DNA of 64,000 nt, taken from Nannocystis bainbridge. Its GTDB lineage: Bacteria > Myxococcota_A > Polyangia > Nannocystales > Nannocystaceae. Position numbers and translations under genes: made by a program. The stretch lies in the NCBI RefSeq assembly GCF_028368995.1, contig NZ_JAQNDL010000001.1:2016001-2080000 (forward strand). Direction: 5' to 3'. Below are positions 20,706 to 29,878 of the stretch, one piece after another. Position 1 is the first letter of the stretch, and every line of letters starts with the position of its first letter. The notes under the pieces are model-generated. The model did not search any database. It saw nothing but the letters and a program-made list of their open reading frames with translations, and was not told where the DNA came from.

Positions 20706-22850
20706 ATGCCGCCCAGCGCACGCATCACGGACGCCCACACCTGCCCCGTTCACGGCGGCGGCCCGGTCTGCGTCGGCGACGCGACCATCATCGTCGGCAA
20801 CGTCCCCGCGGCCCGGTTGGGCGACGGGCTCATCTGCCCGTGCGGCCCCGACCTCATCTCGCAGGGCGAGAACACGGTGATCTTCGGCAACATGCCGGCC
20901 GCGCGCCTCGGCGACGCCACCGCCCACGGCGGCGCCCTGGCCCAGGGGTGCCCGACGGTGCTCATCGGCTCGACCGCGCAGACCGAGGCGCTCAAGACCG
21001 ACAAGCCGTTCTGCGAGAAGTGCCCCTACGAGCAGCGGCCGCCCGAGCTCGAGGGCTTCCCGCCGGTCATCATCGACGCCCACATGCACATCCAGAGCGG
21101 CAACTGTGCCCCGCTGCCGCCGCTGCGGGCCAAGGCCATGGGCGTGCGCATCGATCGCGGCACCGTCAACTTCATGGCCGGCGTCCCGATCCTCAGCTCG
21201 CTCATGGTCGGCGACATGGGGGAGGTCGCGCCCGAGCCGACCCACGTGGTCGGCGAGCGGCTCATCAGCGAGAACAACGGCATCGATTTCCTGGCCGGCG
21301 GCGCCGGTGGTTACTTCGTCGGCATCTCGATCGTGCTGACGATGGACATGGACTTCTGCCACCTCGACGGCTACGAGGGCCTGCACATCTATCAGGAGGA
21401 CGAAGAGGGCCGGCGCTGGTACGCCAACCGCAAGAACGGCACCCAGCGCTACGAGGACTGCCGGCGCGTCTACCTCGACAGCAACGAGGACCTGCCGATG
21501 GACCACGAGGAGGACAATCCTCAGGCCCAGGAGGGCGCGATCGACAGCTCGCGCCAGTTCGACCGCTACCTCAAGGACATGCGCTCCAACTGCTACGAGA
21601 CCTGGCGGCAGCAGCGGCGGCGCACCGAGATGGTGGCCGCGCAGAACCCCCTGCGCCTGCTCCCGCTCTACCACTACGAGCCGCGCCGCTACATCTCGAT
21701 GGAGGCGCCCGACGCCCCGTTCCAGAACCTGGTCGAGAACGGCGGCCTCTACGTCGGCCTCAAGATGTACACCTCGCAGGGCTACATGCCGAAGGAGTCG
21801 ACCGAGCGCGGCAAGAAGACCGGCGACGTCACCCGCGCCTTCTTCAGCCGGCTCGCCGGCGAGGGCCTGCCGCTCCAGACCCACTGCACCCCGGAGGGTT
21901 GGTACACCCACCACCGCGAGCTCTACATCGACCTCGCCAGCGACGAGATTCGCGACCAGTACAAGCACCCGATCGACGGCTCGCTCGACGACCGCGAGCG
22001 CATGCAGTACTTCCAGGACCACTTCGTGCACCCCGAGGCGTGGCGCCTGGTCATGCAGGACAACCCGTCGCTGCGGCTGTGCCTGGCCCACTGGGCCTCC
22101 GACAAGCGGCTGTGGCGCGACAACGTCGCCGACTTCAAGAAGCCGATCATGACGCGCGAGGAGCTGCGCGAGTTCCAGAAGTGGGCGATCGGCCGCAATG
22201 GTTCGCGGTACTACCGCAACATCCACGACCTGTGGTCCGAGTCGCCGTTCGCCAGCAAGGCCATGCCCTCGGTCGACGCCAAGGACACCATCTACGCCAA
22301 GAGCTGGATCCGCAGCATCGTCGAGATGTGCGGCGAATACCCCAACTTCTACACCGACCTGTCCTACCTGCCGATCTTCGAGAAGTACGAGGCGTGGGGC
22401 GGCGAGGACGTGCCCTACTGGCACCAGTTGGTCGAGATCCTGCGCGAATACCCGCACATGGTCGACAAGCTGATGTTCGGCACCGACTGGTACATGATCC
22501 TGATGGACAAGCTCGGCTACCGCAAATGGTACGAGGAGACCATCAAGGCGCTCGAGGAGGTCTCCAAGGCGCTCGAGGGCCAGTGGTCGGCCCACTTCCT
22601 GTTCCACCAGTTCGCCATCATCAACCCGATCAAGTTCTACCGGCTCGACAAGATCGTCGACAAGCTCAAGGCCAACCTCACCACCGCGATCGGCCGGCTC
22701 GACGGCGGCGACAAGGCCAAGATGTTGTCCGACCTCGAGCGCCGGCACCAGGTGCTCGCGGCCGCGTGCGACCAGGCCCGCCTGTCGCGGATGCAGAGCG
22801 CGGTCAAGCAGGGCCCGCTGCGCTTCACCGGACCGGAGGGCTGGCAGTGA
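20706..22850 (+). CDS. PAAR domain fused to an amidohydrolase-family (TIM-barrel metallohydrolase) domain; putative specialised T6SS effector
   Basis: N-terminal SARITD.H.CP, PAARLGD x2, then FCEKC; C-terminal IDAHMH, GLKMY, QTHC, LAHW, YTDLSY, FGTDW; 3 bp after vgrG. Confidence 0.85.
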   Translation: MPPSARITDAHTCPVHGGGPVCVGDATIIVGNVPAARLGDGLICPCGPDLISQGENTVIFGNMPAARLGDATAHGGALAQGCPTVLIGSTAQTEALKTDKPFCEKCPYEQRPPELEGFPPVIIDAHMHIQSGNCAPLPPLRAKAMGVRIDRGTVNFMAGVPILSSLMVGDMGEVAPEPTHVVGERLISENNGIDFLAGGAGGYFVGISIVLTMDMDFCHLDGYEGLHIYQEDEEGRRWYANRKNGTQRYEDCRRVYLDSNEDLPMDHEEDNPQAQEGAIDSSRQFDRYLKDMRSNCYETWRQQRRRTEMVAAQNPLRLLPLYHYEPRRYISMEAPDAPFQNLVENGGLYVGLKMYTSQGYMPKESTERGKKTGDVTRAFFSRLAGEGLPLQTHCTPEGWYTHHRELYIDLASDEIRDQYKHPIDGSLDDRERMQYFQDHFVHPEAWRLVMQDNPSLRLCLAHWASDKRLWRDNVADFKKPIMTREELREFQKWAIGRNGSRYYRNIHDLWSESPFASKAMPSVDAKDTIYAKSWIRSIVEMCGEYPNFYTDLSYLPIFEKYEAWGGEDVPYWHQLVEILREYPHMVDKLMFGTDWYMILMDKLGYRKWYEETIKALEEVSKALEGQWSAHFLFHQFAIINPIKFYRLDKIVDKLKANLTTAIGRLDGGDKAKMLSDLERRHQVLAAACDQARLSRMQSAVKQGPLRFTGPEGWQ

Positions 22851-23905
22851 TCGTCCAGCCCGGCCCCGACGTCGAGCGCCGCGAGCTGCTCGCCGTCGCC
22901 TTCCACAACTACCCCCTCGACGACGCCCTCGTCGCCTGCCAGATCCCCATCGGCACCCCCGGCGGCGCCGCCGTCATCTCCTACGAGAACGCCCTCTGCT
23001 CGCTCCACGTCGACGAGCACGGCGCCGCCATCCGCGAGCTCATCACCGACGTCGTCCCCGCGATCGCCCCCGGCGACCTCGCCCCGGTCCACCCCGCCGT
23101 CCCGGGCCCGGTCTGCACCTACCTGCAGAGCCGACGCATGATCCGCTACGACCTCGCGGCCCACGCGACCCGCCAGCTGCGCATGCTCCACGGCGACAAC
23201 ACCCTGCTCGCGGGCGCATGGCTCTCGGGCCAGGAGACGCGCCTCGCCGTGCAGGTCGAGGACACCAGCCGCTACGACGACGGCGGCCTGGTGCTCGGGC
23301 GCATCGAGGTGTTCGACCTCGCCACCGACCGCCGCCTCGGCGCCGCTCCGCTGCCGCGGGCCCGCGACGCCGGCCAGGGCTGGGCGGCCGGCGCCGACAT
23401 CGTGGCGATCGCCCAGAATGGCGGCCTGGCGGTGTTCACCGCCGATTTCGCCCTGCTCATCGAGCACCCGCTGACCCGCGCCGCCCGGGACGCGCTCGCC
23501 GAGGCTGGCGCGTCCGAGGTCCACTCCTTGCGGATCCACCCCACGCAGCCGCTCGCGGTCCTCGCCGCCTGCACCGCCGACACGATGGGCGTCCGCGACT
23601 TCACGCTCCACCGGATCACGTGGAGCGCGACCGGCAGCTTCGAGGTGCGCCGCCTGGCCAAGCTGCACGCCGTCGGCGACGTCGGCTTCGGCGCGTTCGC
23701 CCCCGCCGGCGACGCCCTCGACGTCCGCATCGCCACCGGCGGCGTCACCTGGATGATGCTCGCCGTCGGCCCGCACGCGCTGCTCGACCTCGGCCCCTCG
23801 CGCGGCCTGCAGGGCGCCGGTTGGTCGGGCCCGCGGCGGTTCCTCGCGTTCGAGCGCGGCGCGGCCCAGATCGCCGTATGGAACCTGCCCGAAGGGACAG
23901 CATGA
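22847..23905 (+). CDS. Hypothetical protein, putative immunity protein
   Basis: GTGA overlap with the effector stop and ATGA overlap with the next gene; it is the 3' part of ORF 20621..23905; function inferred from position only. Confidence 0.6.
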   Translation: MIVQPGPDVERRELLAVAFHNYPLDDALVACQIPIGTPGGAAVISYENALCSLHVDEHGAAIRELITDVVPAIAPGDLAPVHPAVPGPVCTYLQSRRMIRYDLAAHATRQLRMLHGDNTLLAGAWLSGQETRLAVQVEDTSRYDDGGLVLGRIEVFDLATDRRLGAAPLPRARDAGQGWAAGADIVAIAQNGGLAVFTADFALLIEHPLTRAARDALAEAGASEVHSLRIHPTQPLAVLAACTADTMGVRDFTLHRITWSATGSFEVRRLAKLHAVGDVGFGAFAPAGDALDVRIATGGVTWMMLAVGPHALLDLGPSRGLQGAGWSGPRRFLAFERGAAQIAVWNLPEGTA

Positions 23906-24735
23906 GCGCGCGCGGCATCGTCGAGCTGTGCTGGGGCCCGCAGCAGGGCGCCAAGGCGGTCGTCACGCCCGGGCGGCCGCTGACGCTCGGCCGCGACCCG
24001 GCGGCCTCGCTGGTGCTCGACGACCCGACCGTCGCCCCGGTGCACGCCGCCGTCGAGTGGGACGGCAGGACCGCGCGCCTGCGCCACCTCGGCGGCCCGG
24101 CCCTGACCTTGCTCTCGGGACAGGCCGTGACCACCGTCGCCCCGCTCGAGCACGCCGCGTGGATCCGCATCGGCGGCACCGACCTCAGCTTCCACGTCGA
24201 GGCGCTCACCCCGGCCCCCTGGTCGCGCGAGCCGGACGACGAGGTCGCCGCCGAGGCCGCGCTGGCGCACCTCCAGCGCGTCCCCGGCCCGCTGTTCGCC
24301 GTGCTCGACACCGCCTGCGAGCCGCGCATCGCCGAGCTCGTGCGCGAGTCGGTGGCCCCGTGGCGCTCGCTGTTCGACGGGGTCGAGGGCGCCCGCCTCG
24401 CCGACGCCGCCCCGCATGTGGTCTCGCTGTCGGCCGACCCGCGCCTGTGCGCCGACCTCGTGCGCGAGGGCTGGGGCTACCGCTGGGGCGTGCTGCTGAC
24501 CAGCGACCGCTCGCTGTTCGAGGTCCGCCAGCACCTGCGCAAGTTCCTCCTGGTCCAGCGCGAGGGCACCCCGGAGCCGACCTACTTCCGCTTCTACGAT
24601 CCCGGCGTGCTGCGCGTGTTCCTCGACACCTGCACCCCGACCGAGCTGTCGCAGTGGTTCGGCGGCGTGATCCGCTGCCACCTCGGCGAGGACCTCGACA
24701 GCCCGACCGGCTGGTGGCGCTTCGACGCCCGCTGA
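23902..24735 (+). CDS. FHA + DUF4123 protein (T6SS effector chaperone)
   Basis: FHA-like TLGR...DPTVAPVHA...IRIGGT; DUF4123 LFAVLD, SLFDG, APH, WG, HLRKFL, YFRFYDP.VLRVFL. Confidence 0.88.
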   Translation: MSARGIVELCWGPQQGAKAVVTPGRPLTLGRDPAASLVLDDPTVAPVHAAVEWDGRTARLRHLGGPALTLLSGQAVTTVAPLEHAAWIRIGGTDLSFHVEALTPAPWSREPDDEVAAEAALAHLQRVPGPLFAVLDTACEPRIAELVRESVAPWRSLFDGVEGARLADAAPHVVSLSADPRLCADLVREGWGYRWGVLLTSDRSLFEVRQHLRKFLLVQREGTPEPTYFRFYDPGVLRVFLDTCTPTELSQWFGGVIRCHLGEDLDSPTGWWRFDAR

Positions 24736-24802
24736 CCGCCGTTCGGACATGTCCCTTGTGGCATGTCCGAACGGACATGCTCTAAAATACAGGTGGCCCC
24801 GC

Positions 24803-25177
24803 TCACGGGGAGGCGAACGACGGGATGTCGATCTTGTCGAGGCCGCGCAGCGAGACGCTGACGCCGCCGCCGATCCAGATCACCGGCGCCGCGATCGTCA
24901 CCACCAGCCCCACGAGCACCGCCGCGAGCGCCGGGCCCCGCATCAGCCCCGCGCGATCGCCTCGCCACAGCCGCACCCCGGCGACCACGGCGACCACGCC
25001 CGCCGCCGCCTGGGCGACCGCCGGCACCAGCATCAGCGTCACGCCGGGCTCGCGCAGCCCAGACGCCAGCAACAACCACAGCAGCAGGTGCACCACCGCC
25101 AGGCCCGCGGCGATCTGCGTCCAGCGGGCCGCGAACACGCGCCCGGCCGCCAGCGAAACCTCGGGGTCGGAGCCCAT
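24803..25177 (-). CDS. Small membrane protein
   Basis: Three hydrophobic helices in about 124 aa. Confidence 0.55.
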   Translation of the reverse strand: MGSDPEVSLAAGRVFAARWTQIAAGLAVVHLLLWLLLASGLREPGVTLMLVPAVAQAAAGVVAVVAGVRLWRGDRAGLMRGPALAAVLVGLVVTIAAPVIWIGGGVSVSLRGLDKIDIPSFASP

Positions 25178-25264
25178 GCCCCAGCTTCGTCGATGTCGCG
25201 CAGCCCGTCGAGGCCCGGCTCCCAACGCTCCCCCGACACCTCGATGGAATCGCGCGCGCCCTCT

Positions 25265-26299
25265 TCACACCGTGATCACGACCTTGCCCTGCGTGTGTCC
25301 GGCCGCCACGTGCCCCAGCGCTGCCCCCGTCTCGGCCAGCGCGTACGTATGCTCGATCACCGGCCGGAGCTTGCCCGCCGCCACCAGCTCCGCCAGCAGC
25401 TGTAGATCGGCCTGGCGCGGCGCCGTCATCAGCGACGCCATGCGCGGCCCCGGCAGCGCGTTCCGCAGCATCATGCGCGTCAGCCGGCCCATCGGCCCCA
25501 GCCACTCGCCGCCTCCGCCCGCGCAGGCCACGTACACCCCCGTGGGCGTCAGCAGCGAGCGGCAGATCGCCAGCGACCGATCGCCGATCATGTCGAACAC
25601 CACGTCGTGGCGCTCGGGCAGCGCCGCGTAGTCCTCGCGGGTGTAGTCGATCACCCGCGCAGCCCCGAGCGACATGACCGTTTGCACATGTCGGGTGCTG
25701 CACACCGCCGTCACCTCGGCCCCGAGCGCCCGGGCCACCTGCACCGCCATCGTCCCGACCCCGCCCGACGCCCCGACGATCAGCGCCCGCTGCCCCGCCT
25801 GCAGCTTGCCGACGTCGCGCAGCCCCTGCAGCGCCGTCATCCCCGCGTCGGGCAGCGCGGCCGCCTCGGCGAAGCTCGCCTCCGCCGGCATCACCGCCCA
25901 CCGCTCCGCCGGCGCGCGCACGTACTCGGCGAAGCCCGCCTGCACCAGCCCGAACACCCGCTGGCCCGGCGCGAACGCGGTGACCCCCGGCCCGACCGCC
26001 GCCACCACCCCGGCCACGTTCTGCCCGGCCACCCGCTGCTTCGGCCGCCGCAGCCCGAACATCAGCCGCAGCAGATACGGCTTGCCCGTCAGCAAGTGCA
26101 CGTCGCCCCTGCTCACCGACGCCGCATGCACCCGCACCAGCACCTCGCCCGCGCCCACCTCCGGGCGCGCGACCTCCTCCAGGCGCAGCACCTCGGGCCC
26201 GCCGTAGGCCGACTGGACGATCGCGCGCATGCTCGCGGGCAGGGCCTGCACGGCCGTGGAAGGATGGATGGAAGCACTCGCGCCGTTCGCCATGGTCAT
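25265..26299 (-). CDS. NAD(P)-dependent alcohol dehydrogenase/quinone oxidoreductase (MDR family)
   Basis: MRAIV...YGGPEVL, EVLVRVHAASV, GASGGVG, VIDYT, GHTQGKVVI. Confidence 0.92.
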   Translation of the reverse strand: MTMANGASASIHPSTAVQALPASMRAIVQSAYGGPEVLRLEEVARPEVGAGEVLVRVHAASVSRGDVHLLTGKPYLLRLMFGLRRPKQRVAGQNVAGVVAAVGPGVTAFAPGQRVFGLVQAGFAEYVRAPAERWAVMPAEASFAEAAALPDAGMTALQGLRDVGKLQAGQRALIVGASGGVGTMAVQVARALGAEVTAVCSTRHVQTVMSLGAARVIDYTREDYAALPERHDVVFDMIGDRSLAICRSLLTPTGVYVACAGGGGEWLGPMGRLTRMMLRNALPGPRMASLMTAPRQADLQLLAELVAAGKLRPVIEHTYALAETGAALGHVAAGHTQGKVVITV

Positions 26300-26313
26300 G
26301 TCGTCTCCGCCGG

Positions 26314-26362
26314 AACTTACGCTGTAAGTTGACCGCCAGAAGAGTAAAGCTTACACCGTAAG
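26314..26362. promoter_or_regulatory. Two TetR operator palindromes (CTTAC-N3-GTAAG) in a divergent promoter
   Basis: AACTTACgctGTAAGTT at 26314-26330 and CTTACaccGTAAG at 26350-26362, between divergent oxidoreductase and TetR genes. Confidence 0.8.
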
Positions 26363-26364
26363 TT

Positions 26365-27066
26365 ATGGCAAGCACGAAAGCGCCGAAGCGGGCCCAGACC
26401 CGCCGCAAGCCGGCCCGGCGGGCCCCGCTGAGCCGCGAGCGGGTGCTCGCCACGGCCATCGAACTGGCCGACGCCGAGGGCCTCGAGGCGCTGTCGATGC
26501 GCAGGCTCGCGCAGGCGCTCGGGGTCGAGGCGATGTCGCTCTACAACCACGTGAAGAGCAAAGAGGACGTGCTCGACGCGATGGTCGACCTCGTGATCGG
26601 CGAGATCGAGGCGCCCGCGATCGGCGGCGACTGGAAGGCCGCGCTGCGTCGGCGCGCCGTCTCGGCCCACGCGGTCCTGATGCGCCACCGCTGGGCCCCG
26701 CAGCTGGTCGTGTCGACCCTCAACATCGGCCCGGCGATGCGCCGCTACGTCGACGCCACCCTCGGCTGCCTGCACGCCGCCGGCTTCTCCTACGCCGAGG
26801 CCGACCACGCCTGGAACGCGCTCGACAGCCACATCTACGGCTTCACCCTGCAGGCCCTGAACTTCCCGCTCGAGCCCTCCCAGTACGCCGGCGCCGCCGC
26901 CCAGTTCCTCCACCTCATCCCGCCCGAGCAGTTCCCCCACATGCACGCGCTGTCCCTGCTGGTCATCGACGGCGAACACGACGGCCTGCAAGACTTCACG
27001 TTCGGCCTCGATCTGCTGCTCGACGGCCTCGAGCGGCTGCTCGGCGCCAAGAAGCCGGCGGTCTAG
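26365..27066 (+). CDS. TetR/AcrR family regulator (TetR_C type)
   Basis: LSRERVL...ADAEGLEALSMRRLAQALGVEAMSLYNHV..KE; C-terminal FTFGLDLLLDGLE. Confidence 0.93.
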   Translation: MASTKAPKRAQTRRKPARRAPLSRERVLATAIELADAEGLEALSMRRLAQALGVEAMSLYNHVKSKEDVLDAMVDLVIGEIEAPAIGGDWKAALRRRAVSAHAVLMRHRWAPQLVVSTLNIGPAMRRYVDATLGCLHAAGFSYAEADHAWNALDSHIYGFTLQALNFPLEPSQYAGAAAQFLHLIPPEQFPHMHALSLLVIDGEHDGLQDFTFGLDLLLDGLERLLGAKKPAV

Positions 27067-27126
27067 CTCCGCGTCCGCGTGGACGCGGATCGGACGTGAC
27101 GACCCGTGACGGGGAGCGTCGTGGGT

Positions 27127-27642
27127 TCAGGATCCCGTCACCACGGTCACCCACTGGCTCGTGTATTTGTTGTTCTGAGTCGGCGGGCGCACGTAAAACA
27201 GGGTCTCGTAGGCGGACGCCCAGTTCGCTCCGGCCAGCAGCTTCCACTGGCGGACGAATTCGCTCGCGCTCTGCGGCGTGCTGATGCGGATGGAGCGGTC
27301 GAGGTAGGTTTGGATGAGGTAGGCGGAGCCACCGGCGTCGAAGAAGACGTTGAAGTTGTGATTGGCCCCGGAGACCTCGAATGACATCGAGAAGTTGACG
27401 AATGTCTGCGCGGCGAATTGATCGGGCCATTGCGACGGATCCACTCCGTAGTTCCGCTGGACCTGGGTGCCGCGTGACGCGGTCTCCACGAATTCCAGGT
27501 TCGCCCCGGCGAAGTAGTTGCAGGACCAGCCGCTATTGCTCATTTTATCGCTCGAGAGCGACGGCAGGCTGAAGTTCTTGTCCAGCTCGTGGAGAGCGTC
27601 GTTGGTGGCCGCGAGAACCAGAGAATTGGTGATGGTGGGCAT
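27127..27642 (-). CDS. Hypothetical protein (171 aa, Asn/Ser/Phe-rich)
   Basis: Strong RBS AGGAGG upstream of ATG 27642; composition differs from neighbours; no family recognised. Confidence 0.7.
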   Translation of the reverse strand: MPTITNSLVLAATNDALHELDKNFSLPSLSSDKMSNSGWSCNYFAGANLEFVETASRGTQVQRNYGVDPSQWPDQFAAQTFVNFSMSFEVSGANHNFNVFFDAGGSAYLIQTYLDRSIRISTPQSASEFVRQWKLLAGANWASAYETLFYVRPPTQNNKYTSQWVTVVTGS

Positions 27643-28146
27643 GGATTCCTCCTGAGCCTCGGTGTTACCGAGAATGTCGTCGAGCCCGCGCCGGTGCACG
27701 ATGCGGATGTCCATCAGCAGAGCGCAGCTGCGGCCGGACGTCCAGCGATAAATGGCGTGGGGCAATGGGCGATTGCGATTCCTTCGGCGTATCGTTGTTC
27801 GCTCCCGCCGGCCGAGAACGCGGGAGGAGCCCGGGGTCAGTGGCCGACCCGCCAAAGCCCCTCCGGCCGCAGCTCCGCGGCGCTTCGGCAGCGGCCGGGA
27901 CGGCTCACGCCCTATTCTTTCGCGAGCGGTTCGTCCGGCAATGGCTGGCAATGCGCGTTTCAAGGGGCGGCATCGCTCGTCACACCGTCTGACCAGCGAG
28001 CGCCCATTGGGCGCCCCTCGGGCGCCCATGGGCGACGCGAACTCGCCGCGACGTCCGTGGTTCTGCCGCCGCCGGACGACGACGAACCCTCCGCGCCGGC
28101 ACGAACGCCGCCGCGGGTTCCCCCGCGCTTCGTGCTTTGCGCGTCG

Positions 28147-28353
28147 TCAGCCGGACGAGCGCCGGACCTCGTTCGACCGCTTGCGCAGCGCGTCGAGCTT
28201 GGACATCGCATCGGCGACCGTCGAGACGCTGTCGCGTGACAGTGTGAGCATTGCGCGACAGCCGGTGCAGACGAAGGTCTCGCCGCGGAGGAGCGCGTGG
28301 GCGTCGAAGACGATGATACCGCCGCAATCAGGGCAGGAGATCTGGCTGCTCAT
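28147..28353 (-). CDS. Small zinc-ribbon protein
   Basis: CPDC...CTGC then a helix; RBS GAGGTG upstream; downstream of the DUF2589 pair. Confidence 0.7.
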   Translation of the reverse strand: MSSQISCPDCGGIIVFDAHALLRGETFVCTGCRAMLTLSRDSVSTVADAMSKLDALRKRSNEVRRSSG

Positions 28354-28460
28354 GGCTCACCTCGTGGACTCGAGAACATACGCGGTGGGTTCGATCGTGA
28401 ACGGCCCACGCGCGACGCACACCGCGTCGTCGCGCGCGGGCCCGGGCCGCGAGAGCGGGC

Positions 28461-29135
28461 TCAGGCGCTCGACGGGTCGCTCGGCATCGTGATCGGCGTG
28501 ATCGAGTTGGTGAACGCCTGGATGATCGTCGTCACGCCCTGCGGCAGCGGCAGCTGGCCGGCGTGGACCCGCACGCCGTACTTCGCCGAGTTGCTCTTCT
28601 CGTAGTGGGTGTCGTGGCTGGTCGCCCGGGCGCTGTCGTACGACACGCTGCCGGTGACCGAGGCCGAGAACATGCCGAAGCCGACCTTGGCCGAGAAGGT
28701 CGACGAGGCCGCCATCTTGTCTTCGGTGGTCTCGTTGCTGGCCTCGCTGTAGCTCGACTTCACCTCCATGTCGAAGGTGATGTCGACGTTGTCGACCGCC
28801 AGCGAATTGAGCGGGAGGATCGTCAGCAGCGGCAGCGAGAAGGTGGTCGTGACCTGGTCGATGCTCGGCTTGCTGTCGGCCACATCCGGGTCGGCCGGGA
28901 TCAGCACGCCGCGCGTCAACTTCATGTCGATGATGATCGGCGAGTACGTATCGACCTTCTCGTCGCCCTCCCCCGTCGACTGGATCGCAAAGGCCGTGTC
29001 GAGCAAGAACCGCGTCTGCGTGACGGCCATCATGTTGTTGGCCTCGGCGGCCGCGAGCAGCGGGGCGCCGATGAGGTCGCTCATCGGGAGCCCGGTGAAT
29101 TGTTCTGCCATGGATACGAGTTGTGGTTCAGCCAT
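28461..29135 (-). CDS. DUF2589-family protein
   Basis: QFTGLPMSDLIGAPLLAAAEA, LPLLTILPLNSLAVDNVDITFDMEV, SAKY.V.V.A.Q.PLP.G. Confidence 0.8.
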   Translation of the reverse strand: MAEPQLVSMAEQFTGLPMSDLIGAPLLAAAEANNMMAVTQTRFLLDTAFAIQSTGEGDEKVDTYSPIIIDMKLTRGVLIPADPDVADSKPSIDQVTTTFSLPLLTILPLNSLAVDNVDITFDMEVKSSYSEASNETTEDKMAASSTFSAKVGFGMFSASVTGSVSYDSARATSHDTHYEKSNSAKYGVRVHAGQLPLPQGVTTIIQAFTNSITPITMPSDPSSA

Positions 29136-29232
29136 TGTCGTCTTCCTCTCTCATGCCTGTGTTACGATTCGAAGCAAAAGGAAACCGATGCGGCCGGTTC
29201 CGGCCGCCGAACGATCCGCGCCGCGGCCCGGT

Positions 29233-29841
29233 TCAGCCGGGGATCTGGGCCCGGAGGGCGCGCTCGTAGCCCTCGACGATCAGCCGCAGCCCCTGGCTCG
29301 ACGGCATCTCGCCGAGCACGATCTCGAGGGTCGCCGGGCGCCTGCCGGACGCCTCGCCGTCGACCTCCGCGCCGGCGGAGCGGGTCGGCACGCCGGCCGC
29401 CAGCGACTCGCCCTGGACGCTGAGATCGAGGTCGGTCTTGAGGCGCAGCTCGGTGATCTGCGCGAACGAGATCGGCGCGAGGGCGATCAGCGGCACGTGC
29501 ACGGTGTGGACGGCCGGGCCCTCGCGGGTCATGTGCGGGTATTGAATGGCGGTGGTCTTGGGCCGCAGGGTGGTGGTGGCGCGTCGCTGCGACTTCAGGG
29601 CCCCCGCGGCCCGCTCGAGCGCCTCGGCGGCCTGACGAATCGCCTCGGGGTCGCCGGCGGCGCTGGCGGCCTCCGAGGCCGCCAGCGCGTCGGCGGTGGC
29701 CGCCGCGACCTCCGGCGACGGGTCGTCCTCGACGGGCTCGAAATAGCCGTGAAAGAGCTCGATATTGCGAGCGGCGAGCGCGTTCGCTGCCTCGGCCACG
29801 CTGCGCTGAACGGCCGCCACCAATCCGTCGAGGTTCAACAT
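29233..29841 (-). CDS. DUF2589-family protein (second paralog type)
   Basis: LDGLVAAVQRSVAEA, VHVPLIALAP...ITELRL, EMPSSQGLRLIVEGYERALRAQIP. Confidence 0.72.
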   Translation of the reverse strand: MLNLDGLVAAVQRSVAEAANALAARNIELFHGYFEPVEDDPSPEVAAATADALAASEAASAAGDPEAIRQAAEALERAAGALKSQRRATTTLRPKTTAIQYPHMTREGPAVHTVHVPLIALAPISFAQITELRLKTDLDLSVQGESLAAGVPTRSAGAEVDGEASGRRPATLEIVLGEMPSSQGLRLIVEGYERALRAQIPG

Positions 29842-29849
29842 CGCGGCTG

Positions 29850-29878
29850 ATTAGAGTCGATTCGCGGTGGCGGGTCAA
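29850..29878 (-). promoter_or_regulatory. Putative sigma70 promoter of the DUF2589 operon
   Basis: Minus strand TTGACC, 17 bp, TCTAAT, ending 8 bp before the ATG at 29841. Confidence 0.55.
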
